Source: Epithemia pelagica | Lineage: Eukaryota > Protista > Bacillariophyta | Assembly: GCA_946965045.2 (NCBI GenBank) | Contig: OX337233.1 | Coordinates: 806,001 to 870,000, forward strand | DNA: 64,000 nt | Reading direction: 5' to 3' | In this document: in pieces, positions 23,634 to 34,704 of the stretch | How the letters are laid out: the number at the start of each line of letters is the position of its first letter | How positions within the stretch are numbered: the first letter of the stretch is position 1 | Translations under genes and position numbers: made by a program | Notes under the pieces: model-generated | The model's input: only the letters and a program-made list of their open reading frames with translations | Database searches by the model: none | Told to the model about the DNA's origin: nothing

Positions 23634-25979
23634 ATGCCGCCGAGAAAGGTTGCTACTCGAGGAATAGTGGCGGTGACCCTGCTCATGGGTTGTGGCAGGG
23701 TCCGGACCACAACAAGCCTCTCAGCGACACGGAATGAGAGTCCATGGAACGAGGAGGTGGCCGAATCCACAACAAGGAACAATCGGGTTCCTCTCCAACC
23801 GGACGACAATGACGATGATACATCACGTGACGGTAGCGTCCCCCGGATGACTGATCAAGACTTTTTTCTCCACGAGGAGCACCAAGACTGGAAGCAGCTC
23901 GGCTCCGCGAGTAGTAGTAATGAGGGAACTCTTGGAATGCCTGCACCATTCAAGGACGATCGTACAACCGACCTTTTTGTTGGTCAAAGTCCCCTTTCTC
24001 CCTCGTCTCAATGCTGGACCTGGGCTGTCTCCTTTTTGGTTCCCACCGACAATAACAAGAAGAACCACAAGATTCGCCACGGCTACCCCAGTGATCCAGA
24101 GCAACTCTGTCATGCCATGACGCCAGCACATCAAAAGACATTGGCCTTGCACATTGCGGCTTGTCATTTGCAAGATTTGAACCGTGACTTGTTTGAACCG
24201 CAGGGACGCTGCAGTCATGCGGAGCGACCTACGAATAACGGCAAAGAATCCAACGTCCATGACCCGTCCAATCGGCCACCCAACGATATTTTGCAGTGTC
24301 TTTCCGAATTGACCGATGCCGGAATCTTGGCCTATACGCAATACATTAGTCACGTTCAAATTCTTTGTTTGCGACTCACACAAGAAAGCATGGTGGCACA
24401 CCAAGAGTCGATGCAACAAGAATTGTGGAAGCAACAAGTGGAATCGTCACGGAGTCTGTCACGACAGCTTTTCGAAATGACGCAGGCGGCTCGCCAATCT
24501 CAAGATGAATTGGAACACTGGTTTGCAACGGTCTTGCCGCAACAGGTTCACAGTCAGGTCTGGCAAACCTTGCATGAGGAATTGTCCTTGTGGTCGACCG
24601 GACCGCTCCAGGTGTGGATGCAATCACTACAAAACAACATGACGAACCGCTTGACCAAGGTCGTGGACACTCATGTCACAGACTCCCAAACCTCCATGAC
24701 AAACTGGTGGAAGGAGTGGCAACAGACCGCAACCATACACCAGGCTCAATGGTGGAATGCGACGCATGAAACCTATGTGTCACAAATGCAACGCGAGTGG
24801 CAACAGCATGGGAAAGCTATGGAAGGCATTTGGAATCAACTTCAAGACGTACAAGCCTCGGCCAGCGGTGTGCATCGAGTCCTTGTGTCTGGCTGGAGTC
24901 GGTTAGGACATTGGCTGTGGAAGACACTGGGCCTTTCGGTTCTCATACGTCCCTGGTACCTAGTCCTGGAAGGACTTGTGTGGTATTGGCTCACGACACA
25001 CTGGTCGACTCGTCGTCGACATTGCCAACGGAGACGTGAAGAAGACAAACCACGATCCTTGTTTCGTTCCGCAGTTTGGATTGGTTGGTTGGGAGCCTTG
25101 GTCGAAGTGGGTCTGACCGTGCTCATGAAAGAGGAGACTCGCGGCGACGACTCTGCCTCCCTGTTGTTGGATCTGGAACTGGACGACGGTGTCCGTGTAT
25201 CTTTTGGACGATGGAAGTTCCGAGGCCTGACACTTGTGTTGCAAGGATTGATCTCCATTGTAGCTTGGTGGTGGTGGAAGCGACAAACCACGTTGCAGCA
25301 GCCGTCCCAAGAAAACCAGGATTCTGGACAATCCACCATGGCAAAGACGCAAGGAGCAGACTGCCCCAATCCAAATCCTCTTTTTTATCCCACTTCATAT
25401 GGATGGTACGGACCACCGTTACCGCCTCATGCTTATACTTCGACTAGTTCACCGCCGCAGCCTCCAGTATTCCTCGGCCGAAGCCAACACACCACCTATT
25501 ATCCTCCCTTTGTTTCGCCTCTACCACGCGATGCTACAACGAATACTTTAACCCATCGGTTGGAGAGCAACCAGCAGCCACCACACGTGACCGTAAACTC
25601 ACCTTGGACATTTCCTGATGGTAGTAGGGCAGGTGGTACGTGGACCTACCCGCCTCCAAATTACAATACTTACAACGCAATGCCTCCTCCTGTTTCCTCG
25701 TCTGGTGTGGTATCACCACACGACCACCACGAATTCAGACAAGAAGACGACGCTTCTTCGACGGCGACCGTATCGTATGCAGTGGATCCGGCTACGGCTG
25801 CTGCAGAGACCGGTACGACGACTTGTCCAACTCCTACGGTAGCACGTAGCAAGAAGCGACCCTGGTCCTCGTCGTCCGTGCCCTTGGAGGACGAAGGTCG
25901 CGAAATGAAAAAATGCCGACCCGCCGAAACCATGCAGGAAAACGACGAAAATGAAGTACCCGGCTCGTCTTTGTCGTAG
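23634..25979 (+). CDS. GEX1: GEX1/KAR5/Brambleberry-family nuclear-envelope fusion protein
   Basis: N-terminal signal; Cys-rich domain CWTWAV...LCHAMTPAHQKTLALHIAACHLQDLNR...C...QCLSELTDAGILAYTQYISHVQILC matching the KAR5/GEX1 CRD pattern; long Q/E-rich coiled coil; 2-3 C-terminal TM helices; Pro-rich tail. Confidence 0.85.
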   Translation: MPPRKVATRGIVAVTLLMGCGRVRTTTSLSATRNESPWNEEVAESTTRNNRVPLQPDDNDDDTSRDGSVPRMTDQDFFLHEEHQDWKQLGSASSSNEGTLGMPAPFKDDRTTDLFVGQSPLSPSSQCWTWAVSFLVPTDNNKKNHKIRHGYPSDPEQLCHAMTPAHQKTLALHIAACHLQDLNRDLFEPQGRCSHAERPTNNGKESNVHDPSNRPPNDILQCLSELTDAGILAYTQYISHVQILCLRLTQESMVAHQESMQQELWKQQVESSRSLSRQLFEMTQAARQSQDELEHWFATVLPQQVHSQVWQTLHEELSLWSTGPLQVWMQSLQNNMTNRLTKVVDTHVTDSQTSMTNWWKEWQQTATIHQAQWWNATHETYVSQMQREWQQHGKAMEGIWNQLQDVQASASGVHRVLVSGWSRLGHWLWKTLGLSVLIRPWYLVLEGLVWYWLTTHWSTRRRHCQRRREEDKPRSLFRSAVWIGWLGALVEVGLTVLMKEETRGDDSASLLLDLELDDGVRVSFGRWKFRGLTLVLQGLISIVAWWWWKRQTTLQQPSQENQDSGQSTMAKTQGADCPNPNPLFYPTSYGWYGPPLPPHAYTSTSSPPQPPVFLGRSQHTTYYPPFVSPLPRDATTNTLTHRLESNQQPPHVTVNSPWTFPDGSRAGGTWTYPPPNYNTYNAMPPPVSSSGVVSPHDHHEFRQEDDASSTATVSYAVDPATAAAETGTTTCPTPTVARSKKRPWSSSSVPLEDEGREMKKCRPAETMQENDENEVPGSSLS

Positions 25980-26282
25980 GAGCCGACGATGGATCGAACT
26001 GTGAAGGAGAACGGACACACAGGCCATCTTGTTTTGATTGTTGGCGTATGTGTGTGAGTGTGTCTGCAGTAGTGTTGTTTGCCGCACTACAAAATCTCCC
26101 TTTAGTACAAGGTAGTTCCAATGTTATTGGGTATGTACTCCTAACTTTTGTTTGAAATAAACTATCTCCCACACCATTACATCAATTATGTGACCAAAGA
26201 CATTCTTCCAATTTGATATCACACCTACCCTCGCATCAAAGATCTACGTGCGAGACCAAAAAAAAACGTTCTAGGTTTTGTT

Positions 26283-29200
26283 CTATTCTGCCGACTCGTT
26301 TTCATTGTCGTTGTCCTTGTTTTCTATGGTTGGATCCATCGCAGGACTCGCGCCATCCTGCGGAGATGATGATGAGGAGGAGGAGGCTGGATGCAGTCCA
26401 GTTTCGGCTTCTTCCTCGGTGACTACATTAGTGTTGTTGTCGCCGCCTTGTGTCGCTTCCATCTTTTGTTCTTCCAAAGTGGCGTCGACAGAAGAAGGAT
26501 TGCATTTTGTCGTCGTAGATTCATCTTCTTGTTCCTCTTCCGTTTGTGGTACGATGACATCATTCTTTGCTTCTTCCTCTCGTTGTTGTTGCTGTTCGTC
26601 TTCCAAATCGTCACCACTTTCCTTCTGTCCAGCCAAACTTGAGGTTGATGAATGGGGAGTGGCAATGGCACCTTCCGTCGTGGTGGTGGTTGTAGTTGTG
26701 GCATCTGTTGTGCTCGTGGATCCAACGATATTATCCGTGCCTTGACTGGAATTGTCGTGACTGCGAGTACGAGTCCGAACCCGGACCTTGGGTAAGGAAA
26801 AGACACGAGGTCTCAAGGCTCCTCCTTGTTGCAGCTGTGCTTGAATATCTTGCAAGGTTTCTTTGGGCACCGTGCTGGACCAAAAGGCATCGCGAAAGTC
26901 CATGGGACGATCCAAGGTTGCCGGTGGATGGTAGGTCGAAGTCACAATCCGACGAGATTGTGGAGACAGCGAGGGACTGTACAACCATGGACTGTCCTGT
27001 CCGTCTTGCTGTTCGTGGTCGTTTTCATGCTGGTGGTTGTTGTTACTGTTGGTCGCGGTTTCATTGGGTGAGCTTGTGTTTGCTCGATCAGTACTGGTTC
27101 CAGATCCATCACTCGTTGTACCTCCACCACCATGACCCTGACTCTTGGCTGTTTCCAGCGAAACCGTCGATGGCGTCGTCAAGACTCCCAAGACGGTAGC
27201 ACTTGCAAAGAGCTGTTGATTTTCGTCACCTTCCTCGTCTTGCATGACATGAGCAACCGGATATTTCAAGGAGGAACCTGGTTGCGGTTGTCCCGACGGT
27301 GTCATGGCGACATTGCTATACGTGACGGCTGGACTGTTTCGAGTTTCCGTGTTGTGGGTGGTGGTAGTGTTGCAGACCGTGTTGGTGTTGGTTCGTCGAA
27401 ATTCCAAAGGAATCGCACTGGGCAAATACTCCTTGTACGTAAAGGTATAGGAGTGCGCAATGGCAAAGCCCACCATTTCAATCACTACGCAATAATCAAT
27501 CAGTCCATTCGCCACCTGTTCGGAGGACCAGGTTCCCATTTCCTTGATCCATCCATGATCCTTGAGATAAAAAATCACGACACCTTGCCACCAGGTAAAG
27601 AACACGACGCCCTTGATACACAAAAATTTTCCCAGCGGTCTCCAATTAATGGGATACCGCAATTCATCACTTACGGCCGAAAACAACAAGACCAAACAAT
27701 ACAGGGCATACATGACAGACACATTTTGAAAAAAGCACATGTAGGGGTAGGCGTTGAACCAACTGAATTTTCCTTCTCCATAGACACCGGCGGATTCACA
27801 AATGAATGTGATAAAGGCCGAGATCGATTTGAACACAACATATTGCAAGACTCCATGTTTGCAATTCAACATGAATTCTTCGCCCATTTCCCATTCATCC
27901 AAAATCAAACTCAGTGGGAACGAATGTCGTCCCAAATGACTGTAAGGGTTCTCTTCTTCTTCTTCTTCGTCTTCCTCCTCCTCGTCATCGTCAAGCCCAT
28001 CCTCGACTGGCTCACTGGTATGGATAGTGTTAGACAAGAGGGGACGACGTGGTTGGGACGAATCGTCTGGTTGTACCATGGCCTTGGCTTTCAAAATTTG
28101 ACACAGTGCGTCTTGTCCTCCCAACAATTCAATTAAATAATACACAAAACTGGCAATGACAAAGGCTTCGTAATAATCGCGGAGGGTATCAATGTACAAG
28201 CGCATTTCGTGAATGCCCAAACTCAACCAGGATTGTACGGCATAGAGTGGAACCATCCACAAGATGCGCACCACATATTTCTGCACACTGGGCATGTACC
28301 AATGGGTCAAATGCAAATACACGAGGCGGAGGGACAAAATAACGGTACCAGCTGCCATGACACCGGCCGATCGAAAGGCAGCCGAATCCAAATGACGATG
28401 TTGAAAACCTTGATGATACACGACCGTGGGTACGAGACACAACATGCACAACAAGGTGGCATAGGCCAAGTAATTGCCCGCCTTACGAATCCAACTGCGG
28501 ACACGTTGACGCGTGGCGGGAGATAACAAGGCCGTGCTGCTTGCACTGTGCGTCCGGGCTCGTAACCGAGTGGGCGAAGGAGGAGCTGGCGCATGATGCA
28601 GCAGCACGGGAGGATTGGACGCTGTGTTCGCCGTCGCTGTGGAATCCAACAAGGGTTCCGACAAACCACCATGACTGGGACTGCCGCCATCGCCCCTTCG
28701 ACCACCCAACCAAAAGCCTGTTTCTGGATCCGAAGTTCGTGGATGATGCAATGGATGAGATTCGTCCCATTCCTCCTCCTCTCCACCACCCGTATTGTTG
28801 GTTTCCTCATCTCCCAACAGCAAGACATCACTGAGGTTCCCCAAGGACGAGCCAGTGGTATTCAAACTGCCTACACTAGGAGATCGCAAATGATGTTGAG
28901 GATTGACCATGAGACGACTCCTCCCTCGCCGCCGTCTTCTTCGCCTCCGGTGTTGTTGAGAGCCTTGCTCCTCCTGATCATCGTCTTCTTCTTCTTCTCC
29001 TTCATCCTCTTCGTCCTCTCGAGTCATGACTTCTCTCCATGCTTTCGTGGCTAGTCTGGAAAAGTGACGCATGCGATCCATAAAGCCCATTGCATTGGTT
29101 GAATGTGAAGTAGGTTCGCTACTAGGAGCAGGAAGCAAAGACGGAGGAGAGGTGCTGGAAGGAGGAGATGATTGTGCGGTGGTGGTTGTTGTTGGGTAAG

Positions 29201-29396
29201 TGGGGGATGGAGAAGAGTCTACAGCAGTGGAAGAGGACGATAGAGGAACCGCTACCGTTGGCAACCGAGTAGCCGAAGTCGAGTCCTGTTGGCCAACGTC
29301 GTGGTGGTTGCTTGTGTCATGAGTGTCAAGGGTTGAATCATTCGTGCTGTTACTCGATGGAGCATGTTTTGGATTGTCATTGTCGTCTGGATTCAT
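26283..29396 (-). CDS. TMEM184 / organic solute transporter alpha family protein
   Basis: HLTHWYMPSVQKYVVRILWMVPLYAVQSWLSL, LRDYYEAFVIASF, CKHGVLQYVV, KFLCIKGVVFFTWWQ, CVVIEMVGFAIAHSYTF are characteristic Solute_trans_a motifs. Long disordered termini. Confidence 0.92.
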   Translation of the reverse strand: MNPDDNDNPKHAPSSNSTNDSTLDTHDTSNHHDVGQQDSTSATRLPTVAVPLSSSSTAVDSSPSPTYPTTTTTAQSSPPSSTSPPSLLPAPSSEPTSHSTNAMGFMDRMRHFSRLATKAWREVMTREDEEDEGEEEEDDDQEEQGSQQHRRRRRRRRGRSRLMVNPQHHLRSPSVGSLNTTGSSLGNLSDVLLLGDEETNNTGGGEEEEWDESHPLHHPRTSDPETGFWLGGRRGDGGSPSHGGLSEPLLDSTATANTASNPPVLLHHAPAPPSPTRLRARTHSASSTALLSPATRQRVRSWIRKAGNYLAYATLLCMLCLVPTVVYHQGFQHRHLDSAAFRSAGVMAAGTVILSLRLVYLHLTHWYMPSVQKYVVRILWMVPLYAVQSWLSLGIHEMRLYIDTLRDYYEAFVIASFVYYLIELLGGQDALCQILKAKAMVQPDDSSQPRRPLLSNTIHTSEPVEDGLDDDEEEEDEEEEEENPYSHLGRHSFPLSLILDEWEMGEEFMLNCKHGVLQYVVFKSISAFITFICESAGVYGEGKFSWFNAYPYMCFFQNVSVMYALYCLVLLFSAVSDELRYPINWRPLGKFLCIKGVVFFTWWQGVVIFYLKDHGWIKEMGTWSSEQVANGLIDYCVVIEMVGFAIAHSYTFTYKEYLPSAIPLEFRRTNTNTVCNTTTTHNTETRNSPAVTYSNVAMTPSGQPQPGSSLKYPVAHVMQDEEGDENQQLFASATVLGVLTTPSTVSLETAKSQGHGGGGTTSDGSGTSTDRANTSSPNETATNSNNNHQHENDHEQQDGQDSPWLYSPSLSPQSRRIVTSTYHPPATLDRPMDFRDAFWSSTVPKETLQDIQAQLQQGGALRPRVFSLPKVRVRTRTRSHDNSSQGTDNIVGSTSTTDATTTTTTTTEGAIATPHSSTSSLAGQKESGDDLEDEQQQQREEEAKNDVIVPQTEEEQEDESTTTKCNPSSVDATLEEQKMEATQGGDNNTNVVTEEEAETGLHPASSSSSSSPQDGASPAMDPTIENKDNDNENESAE

Positions 29397-30742
29397 GGTA
29401 ACAGTGCACTGTCACAACCACCACCACCACAAGGAATCCAAAGAGTTTGATGGTTTCTGGATGGCATTCAAGAACGATTCGAATCGTGCTATCTAGACTG
29501 TAGCGGAACTAGTAGGTACTGGGGGTAGAAGAGCACAGTTCTGGAAGGGAGAAATGTCACGCTCTATCCCACAACCATAGAAGAACAAACACAAAAAGGT
29601 TAGAGTGCCAAATCGGTAGACATGATTTTCCAAATCCAAGTGCCGTTTCGAGAGAGCCACTTACCGACCGAAAGCAAGCAGAAACAATTACAGGTTCTTC
29701 TGTTAAGGAATTGTTTTCAAACGCCACGAAACTAGGGGGCTATATACAGCTGCCACCGCACTATAGAACGTCCACGTGAGTAATTTTCGATTGGGCAATC
29801 CAAATCAATGGACCAAGACAGGACGTGGACCTTGAACCACAAAGGATTCTTGGTAAGAATGAGAATGATTCCACCGTCGAGGATGCAACTCAAGTTCGGT
29901 TGTTCCAGACGCAAGGACAACTTCGCTGTTCTGCGTGCCTGCTGCTGTGGTGGTGGTGGAGAAGAAGGAATCTACTATAGTCCAACGATCTTGAGAAACA
30001 CCTCCTCCTCGCTTCTTTTCCTCGACACACACTTGGTTTTTTGTCGTGTGTCGTGATAGGTTTGTTTGTCAGCCAAAAAGACAGCGACCATGATGGCGGC
30101 AGGTGCGGCGCGAGAGAAAGGCCGCGAAGCGCACGACACACGACACGGAAGGTAATCACCCCCTGAAACGTTTCACGATTCAAAAAACCGTTGATTCGTC
30201 GCCCCCGAAGTGAGAAGAGAACGAGGGGGCATAATCATAGAGATAGAGAGTGGGTAGTTTCGGTTCTACCTTAGGTTAATCATGCAGGAGTATAGAGCAG
30301 CATCCGTGCTCTATACCTATTCATGTGGCTCCAAAGCCAGTCAGATCAAACTTCTTCACGCTCCAGATCATGGCATGAGGAAGAAGGATCCACCGAAAGT
30401 AGCAGAACATAATGTATAGGAGGCGGCAACCAGAGGGTGGTCGAAAATGCCCTTCTTCATGGAGTACCAACCACCTGTAAGGACGGTGGTAGGTGAGCTG
30501 TTTTTGTACATGGTGTAGTCTATGAGCACTGGAATTGTGAACGACCCTGGGCTTTTGTGTGGCCCGGGAGCAGTACCATTGCTACAGCCAAGGAGCAAGA
30601 GCGATACCGTGCCAGAGTCCACGTGCCAATAGAACAATGCCGTCCATTGTGGAGGCTTGATATCTTCTCTTGTTCCTAGTAAAGAATAGGATTCAATCAT
30701 TGGGCATTGACTGATCGATTTCATCCACCTTCCAGTTGTAGT

Positions 30743-31927
30743 TCATCTCTTCTTCTTGGAAAGCGTCTGCTCCGACATGCCAAGGATCTTCTCACGAGGA
30801 AGAGGAGGAGTTGGTTCGTTGGTTCCCATGAGCTCCCAATGGCTTTCCAGTTCTTGTGGATGGTTCTGGGGGGACCGTGGCTGATCGACTTCAGTCCATG
30901 GTATGGTAATCCCAATGGCTTTCAAGTCCAATTGCGCCAAGACCGATTCATGAGCAAACAAAAGTTCTCCAAAGTCCGACACCTTTTTCAAAAATCGATA
31001 TCCCTTTTCTCGCAAGAGTTGGACCAAGTGAGGTTTCGGTCGTTCCACCGTGACAATGGAAAATTGGTACCGATCAAACTCAAATCCGGAAAGAATAAAG
31101 TCTTCGGCACCTTCCACATCCAACGACAAGTAATCCACATGTTGGGGAGCCTGAAATCGATCCAGAATCTCCACCAAAGGAACCGTGTAGTAGACTTCCG
31201 GGTGATTGTTATTATTGTCCTTTTTGTTCTTGTTTTGCTTTTGTTTGTTGTCAAAGCCCACAATGCCTCCAAATTCTTGTTGGAGTTGAAAGGAAATGGC
31301 TTCCATGCGACGTTGTCCCACGGCGGCAGCGACGACTTGACAGGATCGCATACGTGCCAAATCCTGCCAATAGTGCGGATTGGCTTCAATGCACAAGCCA
31401 GTCCATTGCAACCGACGTTCCAAGGCATAGGTGTTGGACAAGTAGACGGCCGCATTGGCAGCCAAATCGACAAAGTATCCATGCTTCTTTTCATGACGAA
31501 ACAAGGCAGATACCATGAAATCTTGACCCACTTGACTGTGCCAATAGAATTCATTCTTGTTTTTGCTGTTTACGCGAAGCTCCTTTTCTTTTCGTATGCC
31601 TTGATGCTTCCAATCTTGAAGAGTCATGTTGGCCAGAGTTTTGCGCCTGCCTCGAAACACTTGGATCGATCGCCATCCATGGTCTACGGCTTCGTCGTCG
31701 TCATGGTCGTTAATGCCTTGGAACTGATTCTTGCTCTGCTGGAGAGGATTCATCACGGCTTGTTGTCGTCTTGGTGGCGCATTCTTGTCCACCGTTGTTG
31801 TTGTCGTCGTCGTTGTCGCATGTTGATAGAGGTGAAGCTGGGCACCCAACCAAAAGGAAACAAGGCAACTGAGAAGCCATGTACACTGACTCATTTGCTG
31901 TTTCGAAAGCCTGGTGATAGGTGCCAT
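30743..31927 (-). CDS. FkbM-family (Methyltransf_21) SAM-dependent methyltransferase with N-terminal anchor
   Basis: GYFVDLAANAAVYLSNTYALE...WTGLCIEAN, YLSLDVEGAEDFIL, FSIVTVERP; N-terminal hydrophobic segment. Confidence 0.9.
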   Translation of the reverse strand: MAPITRLSKQQMSQCTWLLSCLVSFWLGAQLHLYQHATTTTTTTTVDKNAPPRRQQAVMNPLQQSKNQFQGINDHDDDEAVDHGWRSIQVFRGRRKTLANMTLQDWKHQGIRKEKELRVNSKNKNEFYWHSQVGQDFMVSALFRHEKKHGYFVDLAANAAVYLSNTYALERRLQWTGLCIEANPHYWQDLARMRSCQVVAAAVGQRRMEAISFQLQQEFGGIVGFDNKQKQNKNKKDNNNNHPEVYYTVPLVEILDRFQAPQHVDYLSLDVEGAEDFILSGFEFDRYQFSIVTVERPKPHLVQLLREKGYRFLKKVSDFGELLFAHESVLAQLDLKAIGITIPWTEVDQPRSPQNHPQELESHWELMGTNEPTPPLPREKILGMSEQTLSKKKR

Positions 31928-32511
31928 TGTCGTATGTCACTTGTAGATAGTATATAATCGTTGGAAACAGAGCAAATACGGAGATGGTGCAAAGGACCAT
32001 GGACCATTGTGACAAATATTTTTCGTCATTGTCCTACGCTTTTTGTGCGACTATATGATTCTAACGGTCGCTCTACAGTCGTCCTTGAGAAGCGTCAAAA
32101 GCTATGGATGCTAAGGCTATATAAAAGGGGCATCGAAAATACGATCAAAGCATATCTATTGAGATTCCAGCCAGAAGCCTCGATGGATCATCATGATGTC
32201 CTGTTCTGTCTGTGGCGGTCTAAACAACACTCCCCTGAAATCGGGACCGTGGATATCGGGATCCTGGATAGGACCGTCACAATTTCGTGGAGTCTCAATG
32301 AAAATGGAATGAAAGAGATTTCATCCACTTTGCCGGTGGTCTTGTCGCAACATCATCATAGTACCGTCCCCCAACTAGACAAAAGAGTTGTTGGTTATGT
32401 CACAGCAAGCTCTACCCTGCATGACAGCGTCCTTGGCATTTGTTTGGTAGACTCCATACCAACGAATGGGAACGAGAAACCAATGCAAAATTGCGCTCCG
32501 TAATATGGTGT

Positions 32512-34704
32512 TTAGCAATTCACCTTGCCCGCTTTGAGATCCGCCGATGACGTTGTTTCACTCGAAAAGTAAAACTGGTTGGAAGCCAACGACACCAGAG
32601 CCTTTTCTCGAACATAATCATTCAGATATGTATCTTGATGATCCAGAAAGGTTTGACGCATAACTTGTAGCAATTGGTCCGGCGATCCCGTGGTAGCTTT
32701 CCACTCCAACGGAACTTGAAACACAGTGGCCATCTCCAAGTACACGCTGGAGCTATCATCACTACTGCGGGGCAAACAGGACGTTCCCACAGGTACACTA
32801 CTCTTTCCCCAAGTTTCCACCGCTTCCATAGTATTATTGTTCCATGGAAGGTAGGTATTCAAAAAGTCGGTCGTAGCTTCGCTGACCAAAAGTTTTCCGT
32901 TCAAAGTATATAAATCCGATTGCGTCGTCGACTTGGGAACGGCCACGGAAAGTGTGTATGCTACTCGGGTGTAAGAAACTGGACTCTGTTTGATTTGATC
33001 GCCTGGATCAAGCCCCGAAAATCGAAATTGTGGGACTGTGGTCCATATGGACCGCATTGTAGCAGTAGCAGAGTTCTCCTCGTCGTCCTTCCTTTGAATG
33101 TAAGAGGACATTCCAGCCTGTGTCGATTCGCTCAAGACTGCTAGGAGCGCAATGCCATTAAATTCGACGGGGGGTCCTTCGTATGTCATTTGAATAGAGG
33201 AAAAGCCCAACATATTGAGTCGGTGGTTCCTTGAACCGGAGTCCACAACGTAGACCCGTTCTGCCAAAAGATCTTGTTAATAGGTCGCGTCGGGAATCTT
33301 TTCAGCAAAGTAGCTCGATAACGTTTCATCCCAAAAGGCCAACGTCCAATTGAATAATTGGTCGTAATCCGCTTGGGACAACATGTCAGGCAGAGATTCA
33401 AATTGTTCTTTATCTGTGTGGAATTCAAAATAAACTTTGATATTCAAAATCTGGACCAGGTTCCCTGGCGGAACCTGTGCTTCACCACCCTCTTGTCCAT
33501 TGTTTTCTTTATTCCCAGGTACAACCACAACGACATCTCCATTGGAATCCCCCAGTGGGGCACCTGAAGTATTGCCTTGCACAATGTTGGATGTCTGGCT
33601 CTCGTTACTGCTGGTTGGCAACAAGACAATTGCCACGACAATGACCACAAGGGCAATGGTCACGAGGAATCCAATGAGTGTCCACACACACACTCGAGAA
33701 ACGTGCCGCGTGTCATGGCCACATTCCAGGGTGACGGGTTCGGCCAAAACGGCTTCGGCCGCCATTTGTTGGCGGACTTGTTCCTTGATACGATCCCGTT
33801 CTTGACGATCCAAGGTATCCGCTAATTCAGCTGGAACCATCACCACAGTCTCATCATCATCATCGACTACAGGAGCGAAATCAGTCACGGTATGAATGCC
33901 GGATGATGATGGTGCTTGTTCTATTCGGGTATGAAGCACTCTGTCTGTAAAGGAGCGGTCCGACAAGGCTACCACGGCAGAGGAAGTGCCATCGTGATGG
34001 GTTGTTGTGATCGGAGTACTTGTATCGGACGGAAGATTTCTGTCTGATCCGAGTTGTTTTCGCATGCTCGAAAGCAGGGGAGGACGTTGAATGGCTTCCG
34101 TTGGTTGGTTGGGTCCTTGCGAGGGGAAAATGGCAAAGGATCCAGGACGACTCAAGGCCGTTCGAGTCACTGCCGTTGCTGTTGTGGTGCTAGCACTGGA
34201 GTTTTGGTTTGAGCCTGTGTTTTGGTGGGATGTCATTCTGGATCCTGCTCGAGTGTCGTCCATGGCAGCCCATTCTGTAGAAGGCTTTTCTTTCATTTCC
34301 TCGTCGTTCTTGTTGCTCACCACCGCCGTTCGTTCTTCGTCCGGTTTGTCGTGAACTTCTTTTGTGTCTTCCAGACTTGTAGCTGGAGGCACTGCCACGG
34401 GCTTTTGTATCAGTACTTGCTCGGTTTGATCGAGGCCTAGTGCGAGGGGAGGCAACACTTTGAAAGAAGACAAAGTGTCCCTCTGTTTTGAGTCGTCGCT
34501 GTCCTTCCCATTGGTTTCATGACTAGTATGCATTGCAGCATGCTTGGTTGTGTCGTCGTCCGTATTGTGGGCGACAAGAACAGGATCCATTCTTTCCGTT
34601 TCTTTCTCCTCTTGATAATCCAGCGATTCGTCTCTGCTCATTGTCTCCTTCTCATGATTCTCCTCTCCTTCCTCCAATATATCATTCTCGAACGACGAGC
34701 TCAT
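32512..34704 (-). pseudogene. Type II membrane protein family, copy 3 (in-frame premature TAA)
   Basis: PGSFAIFP motif, PAELADTLDRQERDRIKEQVRQQMAAEAVLAEPV, TM segment, DQLFNWTLAFWDETLSSYF. TAA at 33277-33279 (TAT TAA CAA GAT CTT TTG), after which the same frame continues as ORF 32512-33267 with GTSCLP and FQVPLEW. Confidence 0.75.

Noticed and set aside
28015-28076. Possible intron explaining the acidic insertion in TMEM184
   Set aside because: The GT...AG candidate is 62 nt and would shift the frame; the insertion is in-frame coding sequence.
30707-31957. 416-aa ORF antisense to the FkbM gene, and similar long antisense ORFs (5492-6502, 6512-7654, 27132-28136, 39020-40354, 48374-49249, 49209-50120)
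   Set aside because: Shadow frames of real genes caused by codon bias or repeats; no domain motifs.
31961-32503. 180-aa plus-strand ORF
   Set aside because: Non-ATG start, no motifs, composition unlike the real genes here.
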